The translations under genes and the position numbers were made by a program. Source: a virus. Taken from it: a stretch of DNA of 64,000 nucleotides. How positions within the stretch are numbered: position 1 is the stretch's first letter; every line of letters begins with the position of its first letter. The notes beneath the pieces were generated by a model. It saw only the letters and a list, made by a program, of their open reading frames with translations. It had not been told where the DNA came from and did not search any database. Of the stretch, positions 10,424 through 19,638 are shown in pieces. The stretch covers positions 9,744 to 73,743 of the IMG/VR virus record IMGVR_UViG_3300010883_021048; one strand, given 5' to 3'.

Positions 10424-11680
10424 CTATAACTCCGTGACGCTGTATCTTGGAACAACTCTTTCACCAGCCTTCCAGTTATTAGATAATTTTAGTAAAGATT
10501 CATGCCACATATCAATAGTTGTTTGCATTGAAAACTCAGACATGACATATTCTCTAGCCTTTATGCCTAGAGCCTTTCTTTCATTACTGCTCATTGAGTA
10601 TAATTTGTATATAGCATCGGCTGTGTCATCAAGACATACATAGTCTTCGTATATATAAGGAACAGACTGGGAACCTACTAGTGTCTTGGTTTTTATATCT
10701 AGTCCTACACCATTCTCTGTGCCGTCACGATGATCTATAACTTGTCTTGTTAAGCCACCCGTCTTGGCGGCTATAATAGGGTTTGCTACCTGCATAGACT
10801 CTAAAGTCGCAAGACCAAATCCTTCGGCATATGCTATGTTTATGCATGCATCAGATATGTTATGCATAGTGTTCATAACCTCAAAGTCAACTCTTTCATT
10901 TGAGAAAATTACGCTATTAGTAATACCTAGCATGTCAGATACCGCCAAAAGGTTAGGGCCTTCTTGATCATGAGGATCTGTGTGCATTAAAAGAGTCGTT
11001 TTATTTTTCTGGTGTGGTGTAAGCTTATCTAGAAACTTCTTCCATGCTGCCAAAACATCGGACGGTCTTTTTCTTTTTGCGTTTCTATTAACCCAAAATA
11101 ATACAAAGTTATCTTTCTTATCGTAGCCTAGCATTTTTTGCTTAGCGTGCTTAATATCATTATCTTCCATAGGATAGAAAAGATTATCAGGGAGTGCATG
11201 AGGTATGAAGTTAGTTCTTTCAGGAAACTTTTCCTTGACTATTTCATATGTCAAATAAGAATGACAATTTATTAGATCGGTTGACCTGTAGTAGTCTTCG
11301 TTATAGGCAGGAGAGGGATAGTTGTCCCAAACATGCCAATATGCAATTGGACATATCTGATGAATCTCATCTTCCATAGCCCATAACCACGTAAAGAACC
11401 TGGGATCTGTGAAGATCATCAGTATATCTGGTTTTTCTGCTGCTAAAGCGATACGTAGCATATCTGGATTACCAAAACCATCAATTGGCTTGATTATAAA
11501 ATCTGGATTAGGAGCTTGTACTTCATAATCAAGATGCTTTAAAGCGGCACCGAACTGTCTAACTGTCCAGTTGCCCTTTTCTATTAAACCATTCATCAAG
11601 AATCTTGACTGGCAACCAACACCTGACGTGCTTAGAGCGTGATCAGATAGCAGCAGTATTTTTAATTTCTTTTTATTGAT
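10424..11680 (-). CDS. Glycosyltransferase family 4 (GT-B), with probable non-canonical ATC start
   Basis: NRNAKRKR, AEGFGLATLESM motifs. The frame extends upstream of the track start (11599) through KKKLKILLLSDHALSTSGVG to an ATC at 11680, just after an in-frame TAA. Confidence 0.85.
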   Translation of the reverse strand: MNKKKLKILLLSDHALSTSGVGCQSRFLMNGLIEKGNWTVRQFGAALKHLDYEVQAPNPDFIIKPIDGFGNPDMLRIALAAEKPDILMIFTDPRFFTWLWAMEDEIHQICPIAYWHVWDNYPSPAYNEDYYRSTDLINCHSYLTYEIVKEKFPERTNFIPHALPDNLFYPMEDNDIKHAKQKMLGYDKKDNFVLFWVNRNAKRKRPSDVLAAWKKFLDKLTPHQKNKTTLLMHTDPHDQEGPNLLAVSDMLGITNSVIFSNERVDFEVMNTMHNISDACINIAYAEGFGLATLESMQVANPIIAAKTGGLTRQVIDHRDGTENGVGLDIKTKTLVGSQSVPYIYEDYVCLDDTADAIYKLYSMSSNERKALGIKAREYVMSEFSMQTTIDMWHESLLKLSNNWKAGERVVPRYSVTEL

Positions 11681-11765
11681 ATAGCGTTAACTCACATCAA
11701 AAGAATTATATCCCCATGTGTGTAATCATATTAAATGATCTACAGAAGTATATTTATCTAACATA

Positions 11766-12641
11766 TTAACCGGGACAGTTGGGCGTACTCTTAAACTCAC
11801 AGAACAAGCAAGAGTTTCTATTTTTTAAGAATATTCCTCTACGAACTGATTTTATCATGCTTCTTAGAATAGAAAGAGCGTTTTCTTCAGCCTTTGGACC
11901 GACCGACACTTTGACTAGTTCGCATGTATTATCTTTTGGAGCACCGCGCTTTAACAAAACAAACCCACATTTGACTTGCTTTGTGTCGAGATTATTTTTC
12001 TTCATCCAAAAAGACTTGTATAAAGCTATCTGAGCCCATGTTAGGATATCCCTTCGCTTCGAAGCGTACCACCCTTTATCACCAGCTGTCTTCCAGTCTA
12101 TCACATAATAGAACTCTTTACCCTTTATCTTTACTTTTAGAAGTGCGTCGATAAAGCCCTTAAAGAATATGTCATAGCCATCCACAAATTCGTACAGTTG
12201 CTCTTCCGCTGATATTACAGACCATTCATCAAACTCGCTGTCAAGAAATGAAGGTAACTCATTAAGGGAGTTCGTGGCCCACTCTAGCCATTCATCAATG
12301 TAATTATGCTTCTTAGGTCTCCAACCTTGACTAACTCTGTAATCCGCTTGAGATTTTATCCATTCTTTAGTATCAAAACCGTGAGTTTCCCACTGTGATT
12401 TTATCTGCTCTAAAACAGATGTAGTGTCCATGTCACCTGTTTTAAGAAACTTTTCTATGCCATCGTGGAGAGCAGTACCGTAAGAAAGGTATGGGCTTGG
12501 CTCATCCTTTACTATCTTGTCTATATACGTCAGCTTATGATGCCACGGACACTCTTTCCAAACGCGTACTTCAGAATATGACACATGTGGCTTGTTGGTT
12601 GGAAACTCTACTTCGCTTATTCTTTTATCTACGTTACTCAT
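11766..12641 (-). CDS. PD-(D/E)XK RecB/Cas4-like exonuclease with probable 4Fe-4S cluster
   Basis: SYSE...CP, GTALH, E...KGFIDA..VIDWKT, QIALY, C-terminal CLFCEFKSTPNC. Confidence 0.85.
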   Translation of the reverse strand: MSNVDKRISEVEFPTNKPHVSYSEVRVWKECPWHHKLTYIDKIVKDEPSPYLSYGTALHDGIEKFLKTGDMDTTSVLEQIKSQWETHGFDTKEWIKSQADYRVSQGWRPKKHNYIDEWLEWATNSLNELPSFLDSEFDEWSVISAEEQLYEFVDGYDIFFKGFIDALLKVKIKGKEFYYVIDWKTAGDKGWYASKRRDILTWAQIALYKSFWMKKNNLDTKQVKCGFVLLKRGAPKDNTCELVKVSVGPKAEENALSILRSMIKSVRRGIFLKNRNSCLFCEFKSTPNCPG

Positions 12642-12658
12642 AAATACACCTCAATGCT

Positions 12659-12687
12659 ATTATATCGCGCATAGAGTGAAAGTACAC
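12659..12687 (-). promoter_or_regulatory. sigma70-like promoter GTGTAC-N17-TATAAT
   Basis: Perfect -10 box with 17-nt spacing upstream of the nuclease gene and a GAGG RBS. Confidence 0.55.
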
Positions 12688-12720
12688 GAGTAGACATGAG
12701 GACTTTTGTAACGTTGGTTA

Positions 12721-13689
12721 TTACTTACTTTTGATAAGAGAAAGATCTGATTCGTACATCATCTCTGCAAGTTGATCTAAATCTATTGTCGATTCCCAAT
12801 CTAGAACTTTCTTTGCCTTTGAAGCATCACCTAATAATAGAGGCACTTCCTGTGGCCTGAACAATCTTTCATCAATCTTTACGTATTTGTCAACATCAAG
12901 ATCAGCTATGGCAAAAACCTTATAAAGAAACTCTTTAACAGTGTAAGTCTTACCAGTTGCTATGACATAATCATCAGGGGTTGGCTGCTGCAACATTAAC
13001 CACATCGCGTGCACATAGTCACCAGCAAATCCCCAATCTCTTTTTGCATCTAGATTTCCTAAGCGAAGCTCATTCTGTATACCGAGTTTTATTCTTGCTG
13101 CCGCTAGTGTAATCTTTCTCGTGACGAACGTTTCTCCTCTACGAGGTGATTCATGATTAAAAAGAATCCCGCTTGAGATATGCATGCCATAAGACTCACG
13201 ATAGTTTCTACAGATATTATGAGCAAACGCTTTGGCGCATGCGTAAGGACTAGCTGGCATTAGCAAGGTATCTTCGTTCTGAGGAGCCACTGGATTATCA
13301 CCAAACATCTCTGATGAGCTAGCCTGGTATATCTTTATGTCTTTATTGACAAATCTAACGGCCTCCAGTATTCTTAGGGTGCCCATAGCTATTGTGTCAA
13401 CAGTCTCTAGAGGAACATCAAATGAAACCCTTACATGAGATTGTGCGGCTAGATTATAGAATTCTCGTGGCTCATATTTTTCTAGAAGATAGTATAAAGA
13501 ACAAGGGTCATGAAGAGAATAATATTCTAGAGAGAACATCGGGTTGTTGTAGATGGCATCAACTCGCTCTGTAGATATTATACTTGTTCTCCTCTTTAGC
13601 CCAACAACCCTATATCCTTTAGATAATAGAAATTCTGCTAAATACGATCCATCTTGACCAGTTACGCCTGTTATCATTGCAGTTTTCAT
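12721..13689 (-). CDS. gmd: GDP-mannose 4,6-dehydratase
   Basis: ITGVTGQDGSYLAE, LAAQSHV, QASSSEMFG, SPYACAK, FNHESPRRGETFVTRKI. Confidence 0.97.
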   Translation of the reverse strand: MKTAMITGVTGQDGSYLAEFLLSKGYRVVGLKRRTSIISTERVDAIYNNPMFSLEYYSLHDPCSLYYLLEKYEPREFYNLAAQSHVRVSFDVPLETVDTIAMGTLRILEAVRFVNKDIKIYQASSSEMFGDNPVAPQNEDTLLMPASPYACAKAFAHNICRNYRESYGMHISSGILFNHESPRRGETFVTRKITLAAARIKLGIQNELRLGNLDAKRDWGFAGDYVHAMWLMLQQPTPDDYVIATGKTYTVKEFLYKVFAIADLDVDKYVKIDERLFRPQEVPLLLGDASKAKKVLDWESTIDLDQLAEMMYESDLSLIKSK

Positions 13690-14622
13690 TTAATTAACAC
13701 CTCTAACGTTTGGATATTCATTCTTGAACCATTCGCATGTCTTTGCTATACCTTCTTCTAGAGAAGTATATGAGTTATCATCCCATCCTATATCAAACAA
13801 TCTTTCGCTACTGCTGGGCTTACGAAATTGTCCTGTTGGCTTTGATACGTCCCAAGCTACTTCGCCAGTGTACTCAAGACAATCACAAACAATCTGCACG
13901 ACGTCTTTTATACTACATTCATTGGTCAAACCTATATTAATTGGTAGCGCCTCATTATAATTTTCCAGCATAAAGATAAGAATTTGAGCTATGTCTTCAG
14001 AGTAAGTAAATTCCCTAAGCGCGGCGCCTGTGCCCCAAAATGAAGGTACAGTATTATTTATCTTAGATTCCCAAATTTTACGTATAATCGCTGGAATAAC
14101 ATGACCTGTTTCAATACTAAAGTTGTCTTTTGGGCCGTATAGGTTATTTGGTATCGCACAAATAAAATTACATCCGTACTGTTCCCTTAACGTGCGAGAC
14201 TGGACGTCTAGCATTCTTTTTGCATATGCGTACCCGAAATTACTTTTATGTGGTGGGCCAAGATGCATCTGGTCTTCAGTCAAAGGGTACGTCGCAGAGT
14301 CAGGATATACACAGGTTGATAAAAGCGATAAGACTTTCTTGACACCACACTTACGCGATGCATCAAGAACGTTTGTATTCATTCTTATGTTTTCAGAATA
14401 AAAATCTGCGACGAAATCGCTATTACCTTTTACTCCGCCTACCCTTGCCGCAAGATGGATTACTGCATCTGGACGTGTACATGTCAACATCTCTACAGTG
14501 GTGTGATAATCTGTTAAGTCGTACTGTCCAGATCCAACTAGAGTAAAAGTATGATCGGTTCTTTTTATATTATCAAATGTAGACCCCAGCATCCCAGTAC
14601 CGCCTGTTACCAATATTCTCAT
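13690..14622 (-). CDS. fcl: GDP-L-fucose synthase / GDP-colitose synthase (ColC)-like epimerase-reductase
   Basis: TGGTGMLG, HLAARVGG, LSTCVYP, YAYAKR, PNNLYGP.DNF. Confidence 0.9.
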   Translation of the reverse strand: MRILVTGGTGMLGSTFDNIKRTDHTFTLVGSGQYDLTDYHTTVEMLTCTRPDAVIHLAARVGGVKGNSDFVADFYSENIRMNTNVLDASRKCGVKKVLSLLSTCVYPDSATYPLTEDQMHLGPPHKSNFGYAYAKRMLDVQSRTLREQYGCNFICAIPNNLYGPKDNFSIETGHVIPAIIRKIWESKINNTVPSFWGTGAALREFTYSEDIAQILIFMLENYNEALPINIGLTNECSIKDVVQIVCDCLEYTGEVAWDVSKPTGQFRKPSSSERLFDIGWDDNSYTSLEEGIAKTCEWFKNEYPNVRGVN

Positions 14623-14623
14623 A

Positions 14624-15781
14624 TTATTCCCCTATGACCGTGTTAACGATGTCACAGATGAGCTTTATAGACTTCTCAGTAAGACCTGGATGATTTGGGA
14701 CATACATACCAGATTTATCTACAATTTCAGCATTATCTAAAATGCATTTGCCGTATTCCTTTATATAGAAAGGCTGGACGCCCATGGATCTACAAAGCAT
14801 TGGTCGCACTTCTACTTTGTGAGCGATAAGCTTTTTAGCGATTTCGTCTCTCTTTGGATGTATTATGGGATAAGCAAAGTTTGAGATAAAAGAGTTTTCG
14901 CGGTACTGTGGCTTCCAATAAGAGTTTTTGATATTATCTTGGTAGATAGAAAAGTTTCTTTCGCGGAGGGCATTGACTTTATCTGCTTTATCAAGCTGGC
15001 CAATACCGATAAATGCTTGTAGATCAGTGGACCTCACATTAAAGCCGTGCATGTAGAATGTATATAACGAATCAAATTCGCTAACGTCCCACTCTTTACG
15101 TAACTCTAGTTTCTTTTTGTCAGATAAATCACGATCCCAACCGTGGTTTCGAATACAGCGCGCTGCTTGAGCAACTTCTGGATCACTCGTACAAATAACA
15201 CCACCCTCGATAGTTGATAGATGATGACCAAAATACGTCGAGAATGTTGACATTAGACCGAACGTCCCCATTTTATTTTCTGTGTATCTTGATCCGAAAG
15301 ACTCACATGTGTCTTCTAATAGAATAACATCATTGGCTTTACAGATATCTAACAACCGAGACATGTCTGGTACTAGACCAAGAACTGAAACAAACATAAC
15401 AGCAGATATATCATGAGTGCTGCAAAGCTCTTCAAAGTGATCTAGACTTATAGACAAATCTTCTAGGTTACAGTCACATAATATAGGATTAAAGCCAAGC
15501 TGCACGACGGGAGATAAGTCGGTAGCCCAAGCTAAAGCGGGAACAATGATGTTCGATCCTCTTTTAACTTTACCAGTTTCCAAGAGCACCTGAAGCATTA
15601 CAAGATTTGCAGAAGATCCAGAGTTTACAAAGATAGCTTCTTTCGTTCCAGTATACTCTGCCCACTTCTTTTCGAACTCTACGGTTAACGGGCCCTTAGT
15701 CAAGCGAGGGTAAGTTTTTAACCACTGTATGAGATCATCAATATCGCTGTTATTGATTGTGTCTTCTACTAAATTTATCAT
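14624..15781 (-). CDS. colD: GDP-4-keto-6-deoxy-D-mannose 3-dehydratase (ColD-type PLP enzyme, DegT family)
   Basis: FVNSGSSANL, EDTCES; active-site STYFGHHLSTIEGG has His in place of the Schiff-base Lys; HGWDRD lacks the E1/RfbH Fe-S cysteines; adjacent to gmd/fcl. Confidence 0.8.
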   Translation of the reverse strand: MINLVEDTINNSDIDDLIQWLKTYPRLTKGPLTVEFEKKWAEYTGTKEAIFVNSGSSANLVMLQVLLETGKVKRGSNIIVPALAWATDLSPVVQLGFNPILCDCNLEDLSISLDHFEELCSTHDISAVMFVSVLGLVPDMSRLLDICKANDVILLEDTCESFGSRYTENKMGTFGLMSTFSTYFGHHLSTIEGGVICTSDPEVAQAARCIRNHGWDRDLSDKKKLELRKEWDVSEFDSLYTFYMHGFNVRSTDLQAFIGIGQLDKADKVNALRERNFSIYQDNIKNSYWKPQYRENSFISNFAYPIIHPKRDEIAKKLIAHKVEVRPMLCRSMGVQPFYIKEYGKCILDNAEIVDKSGMYVPNHPGLTEKSIKLICDIVNTVIGE

Positions 15782-17751
15782 GTGATATCCTCGCTAGCGG
15801 TCCGGAAGAACTTGCCACCTTTTCGGCCATACCATACAACTTCACGTGAGAATAGCTTTTTATCATCGTAAATCTTGGAAGAATCAACTGTGATAGTCGA
15901 TTGACATTCTACAAGATTCGCCAGCTGTCCAGATCTAGCTTCCTCAAAAAATTGGTGAATATTGTGAGAAGTGGTAAAGCTTGTAGAAGATGGAGGTTTA
16001 AAACTAACTACTCTCATTTTTTGATATGTTATAATATCCGATATTAGCTTTTCGTCATCTTTATAGAAGGTATATTCATTCATAATGTGAGACTTAATTT
16101 CTTCATAAAATGTGTCAAGATTTTCAGAGACACGTAGATAAGAGGCTTCTTCAGGAGGCCAGGAGATATCTTCGAACCCAGGAACATACTGGTCATAGCC
16201 GCCCCCTGTAAAGACTCCGTCAATTAAATTGTCAACGTAACATAGCTCTTTTCCCAGTGTTGTATCTGGGTTATCTTCGCCATATTTCACTATGGCTTTA
16301 TAGAAGTCGCAATATTTTACTCCGAAATGATATCGAAAAACAATGGCAACAATCTGGAGCAACCCTAACAAGTGCATACTTTGGATAGCCCACGCAAACT
16401 TGTATGTCTCTTTGTAAGAGTCTCTGTTCATTGTATTCGTACCAATAACGATGGTCTCAGTTTCAGTGACTTCTTCGTCATCTTTTTTGTCAGAGTGTGC
16501 TTGAAAGATAGGAATTTTAATAAGATCTAGACCGTGTTCTTTTTGATACTTTTCTTCTCCCATCTCAGCATTAGGCATTATAGAACAATTGTACATTACA
16601 ATACCTGAGTGTTGCGAGTTGTCTAACAGCGTGTCAACACCTTCAACAAAAGACTCATAGGTTTCCCCAGGAAGTGGTAGTATAAGCTCTGTGTAGGTAA
16701 CAAGACCATTGGCTACGTACTTCTTTTGTAAGTCATTAAAGAATTTCATTTTGATATTTTTTCTCTTAATGCTTTCTAATGTTGTTTCATTAAGCGACTG
16801 CATGCTGATGCTTACGCCTTTATTCATTCCGGCATCGGAGAATATTCTTGCTAGCTCAAACACTTTATCAGTGGAGTTCTTTGTGAAGCAAACTCTGAAC
16901 TGATTTGGGTATCCTGTCTCTTTCTTTTTCTCGGCTAGTCTTAACGCGTAGTCTTTGTCTCTCGGGAATATCCCGAAGTTAGCGTCTGCTCCGAAAATAA
17001 GGTCAACTTCTTTTGATGAAAAATAATCAATCTCTGCCAAGAGCCTCTCATCGCTAAATTTTCTAACTTTTGTCGCGACGGCAGAACCCCAATCACAAAA
17101 TGTGCACTTAAATGGGCACCCACGGTTTGTTTCCCATGTTACCATCCACGAGTAATCTTTCGTCTGTAACAACCCATCGAATACACCAGTTAGATAGGGC
17201 GAAGGGATAGTGTTTAAGTCTTTTATTCTATCTCTACTCTCTCCTCTAGTACATTTGCTAGAAGACCTGTCGTGAAATGTGGTTCCAGCTATGGCAGATA
17301 AAGCTGAACGATCGTCTGGATCAAACTTCTTTAATATTTCTAAAAATGTTACTTCGCCCTCACCGTGAACTGTCATGTCAACAAAATTATTTTCTTTAAA
17401 AAATCCTTTTAGCTGGTTTGGAACTTGAGGCCCCCCGAATACTATTAGACAGTTAGGATTTTTTTCCCTTACTTTCTCTGCCAATTTTAGACTTAAGGTC
17501 CAGTTCCAGACGTAGCAAGAAACGCCGAGGACATCGGCATCGCCGATCTTTTTAACCATATCATCGAGCTTTTCGCGGATGAAGACGAAGTTGTTGAATA
17601 AAAAGTTGTCGTTTACATACGGGTCACTTTGTACGTATGACTGTAGCACACCGGCGCTGTATGGTAAATAAACTTGTGAGCCATACTTGTTATTCAGTTG
17701 TACCAGCTGTACTTTTGATCTTCTAGGCTTTTCTGTTGCTATATCAGACAA
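15778..17751 (-). CDS. Cobalamin-binding radical SAM enzyme (class B methyltransferase-like)
   Basis: N-terminal B12-binding domain (LPYSAG..Y, GVSCYVWNW, VFGGP, HGEGE), then RGCPFKCTFCDWG. Confidence 0.9.
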   Translation of the reverse strand: MSDIATEKPRRSKVQLVQLNNKYGSQVYLPYSAGVLQSYVQSDPYVNDNFLFNNFVFIREKLDDMVKKIGDADVLGVSCYVWNWTLSLKLAEKVREKNPNCLIVFGGPQVPNQLKGFFKENNFVDMTVHGEGEVTFLEILKKFDPDDRSALSAIAGTTFHDRSSSKCTRGESRDRIKDLNTIPSPYLTGVFDGLLQTKDYSWMVTWETNRGCPFKCTFCDWGSAVATKVRKFSDERLLAEIDYFSSKEVDLIFGADANFGIFPRDKDYALRLAEKKKETGYPNQFRVCFTKNSTDKVFELARIFSDAGMNKGVSISMQSLNETTLESIKRKNIKMKFFNDLQKKYVANGLVTYTELILPLPGETYESFVEGVDTLLDNSQHSGIVMYNCSIMPNAEMGEEKYQKEHGLDLIKIPIFQAHSDKKDDEEVTETETIVIGTNTMNRDSYKETYKFAWAIQSMHLLGLLQIVAIVFRYHFGVKYCDFYKAIVKYGEDNPDTTLGKELCYVDNLIDGVFTGGGYDQYVPGFEDISWPPEEASYLRVSENLDTFYEEIKSHIMNEYTFYKDDEKLISDIITYQKMRVVSFKPPSSTSFTTSHNIHQFFEEARSGQLANLVECQSTITVDSSKIYDDKKLFSREVVWYGRKGGKFFRTASEDIT

Positions 17752-18781
17752 TTGCTATCCCTTCTAGTGGAGGCGCAGTTATTTTAAAAAGACATCTTTC
17801 AGAATAAACTTCTAAAATATTTTTCCAATACTCTTCGACATTCTTTCTATTAAGATAATTTTCGATAAAATCTATACCCCTAAGAGATAAATCGTTAGCT
17901 TCTTCAGGATGACTTTCAAAGTACTTTATTATGTCTAACAGCTCATCCGCGCTTTCGCAGTATTGTATTAATCCGCTGGCTTCGGTGGAGTGCTGCCAAA
18001 ACTCTTTCTTATGTCCTTTGTCACTCAGATATATTACTATACTTCCAGTGGCCAACATGTACATCGATCTAATGGTTCCAGATCTTACATCGGTATTACG
18101 AGGGTAACCATCAGTGACTAATTGGTATCTACACTTTCCTAACAGCTCTATAGGGTTCTGATACTCTCTTCCAGTCTTGAATAATGGGTTTGTGCTTCTT
18201 TCGTGTACCAAAAATTCTGAGCTCTCCACTATCTTAACCTTAATATCATCAAAAAGAATTTTTCGATAAGGATAAATCGATCCCTTAAAGATCAAAGCGT
18301 TTTCTTTTTCTTTAAATGGCATAGTTCTTTCTCTAGAAAACTTTACGATTCTGTCCATATCATTTTGATATTCTACTTTTTTGCTATTTTCACCATTTAT
18401 TCCAGAGAAATATCCGTTAAAAAATGGAGTGGGAGCCAGTATTCTTCTTTTAACACCCCCAAACTTATCATCATCAAACATAACAAAGACAGCAGAATCC
18501 GATCCTACATCACTTTCTATTACAGTATCCATTGTGTAATATTTTAGTTCTGTATTCGGTAGGACGTAACCTGAATCTCTTAGCGCTGACAGCTGATCTA
18601 AGATATCACCATGGCGATCTTCATTAGTCAGGCCATTCATTACGTATATGACATTATCAAATATTCTTATGTGCAGAGCTTGAGCGGGATTTCGGGTTGC
18701 GGAGATCTCTTCATAGCTAATGTTATGTGGAACAATCTTTTCCGCTAGTTCTCTTAGGGATACTGTAAGATCATTATTCAT
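17744..18781 (-). CDS. CAP10/GT90-like glycosyltransferase
   Basis: PF..KENALIFKGS, KCRYQLVTDG, R..YMLATGS.V, L...I.YF..HPEEA...G..F..NYL pattern typical of GT90. Confidence 0.6.
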   Translation of the reverse strand: MNNDLTVSLRELAEKIVPHNISYEEISATRNPAQALHIRIFDNVIYVMNGLTNEDRHGDILDQLSALRDSGYVLPNTELKYYTMDTVIESDVGSDSAVFVMFDDDKFGGVKRRILAPTPFFNGYFSGINGENSKKVEYQNDMDRIVKFSRERTMPFKEKENALIFKGSIYPYRKILFDDIKVKIVESSEFLVHERSTNPLFKTGREYQNPIELLGKCRYQLVTDGYPRNTDVRSGTIRSMYMLATGSIVIYLSDKGHKKEFWQHSTEASGLIQYCESADELLDIIKYFESHPEEANDLSLRGIDFIENYLNRKNVEEYWKNILEVYSERCLFKITAPPLEGIAIV

Positions 18782-19638
18782 AGTTCAATCATACCAAAAT
18801 AATTTCTGATCAATTCTTTCGTTCGGCCCTTATATTCTTCAGAAGGATCCCTTCTGGACACATCACAATGAAGGAATGTGACGGCACACCAATTAGATTC
18901 AAAAGGATTTCTGCCATACAACATATCGTCGTGTAGCATTAAAGGCATATTTTCGTCGCCCATAGAACAATGGTTTAGCGCACCATTAAAGATAACAACA
19001 TCGGCGCTGCAATTTTTTAATGCGGCGGCTAGAAAAAGTTCATCTGTTATGGATCGGACATAGTCTTTAGACCCGTAATATTCCTCGTAGTATTCCAGTA
19101 CTTTTGTCATTACGAGTTGATTTTTTTCGTTATTACAAAATATAAACACGCCGCCGGCGTAAAAGTTATCTAGGTTTTCTAAACCAAGCATTGTCTTTGC
19201 TTGATGAAATTCCTGTATCGTCTGAGGCGTACATGCTCTTTGTTCGTATATCTCTATGTTCGGTACCCAGAAGTGTCGGGTAACACCGAAACCATCGCCG
19301 ACCTTATCACACGCTTGAGTTATGTTATTATTAGCCATCGCGGTGTCGCTATCAACGTACACACCATATTTTGTCTTTATATGCTGAGCCCCGATATACT
19401 TGTGCTTCCAGATTAAGTACCCAACTTTTTTTCCAGAATTAAAATCTATGGCATCAGGAAGATTAATAACTTCATACTCTTCATTTGATGACAGCTTATT
19501 CCCAAACTCAAGCACTAAAAAATTATAGTCACTAGATTTTGACTTTACGCTGCTGATGGACTTCTTCATATTTTCATAATGAACGTCATAACCACCAACA
19601 GTGTATATAAATGTTATTTCATTCTCTCTTGTTGTCAT
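18778..19638 (-). CDS. GT-A fold glycosyltransferase (GT8-like)
   Basis: YVDSDT DxD motif, FYAGGVFIF, TDELFL. Confidence 0.6.
   Translation of the reverse strand: MTTRENEITFIYTVGGYDVHYENMKKSISSVKSKSSDYNFLVLEFGNKLSSNEEYEVINLPDAIDFNSGKKVGYLIWKHKYIGAQHIKTKYGVYVDSDTAMANNNITQACDKVGDGFGVTRHFWVPNIEIYEQRACTPQTIQEFHQAKTMLGLENLDNFYAGGVFIFCNNEKNQLVMTKVLEYYEEYYGSKDYVRSITDELFLAAALKNCSADVVIFNGALNHCSMGDENMPLMLHDDMLYGRNPFESNWCAVTFLHCDVSRRDPSEEYKGRTKELIRNYFGMIEL

Noticed and set aside
11766-12641. Cas4 as part of a CRISPR system
   Set aside because: Solo Cas4/RecB-like nucleases are common in phages; no other cas genes or array are present.
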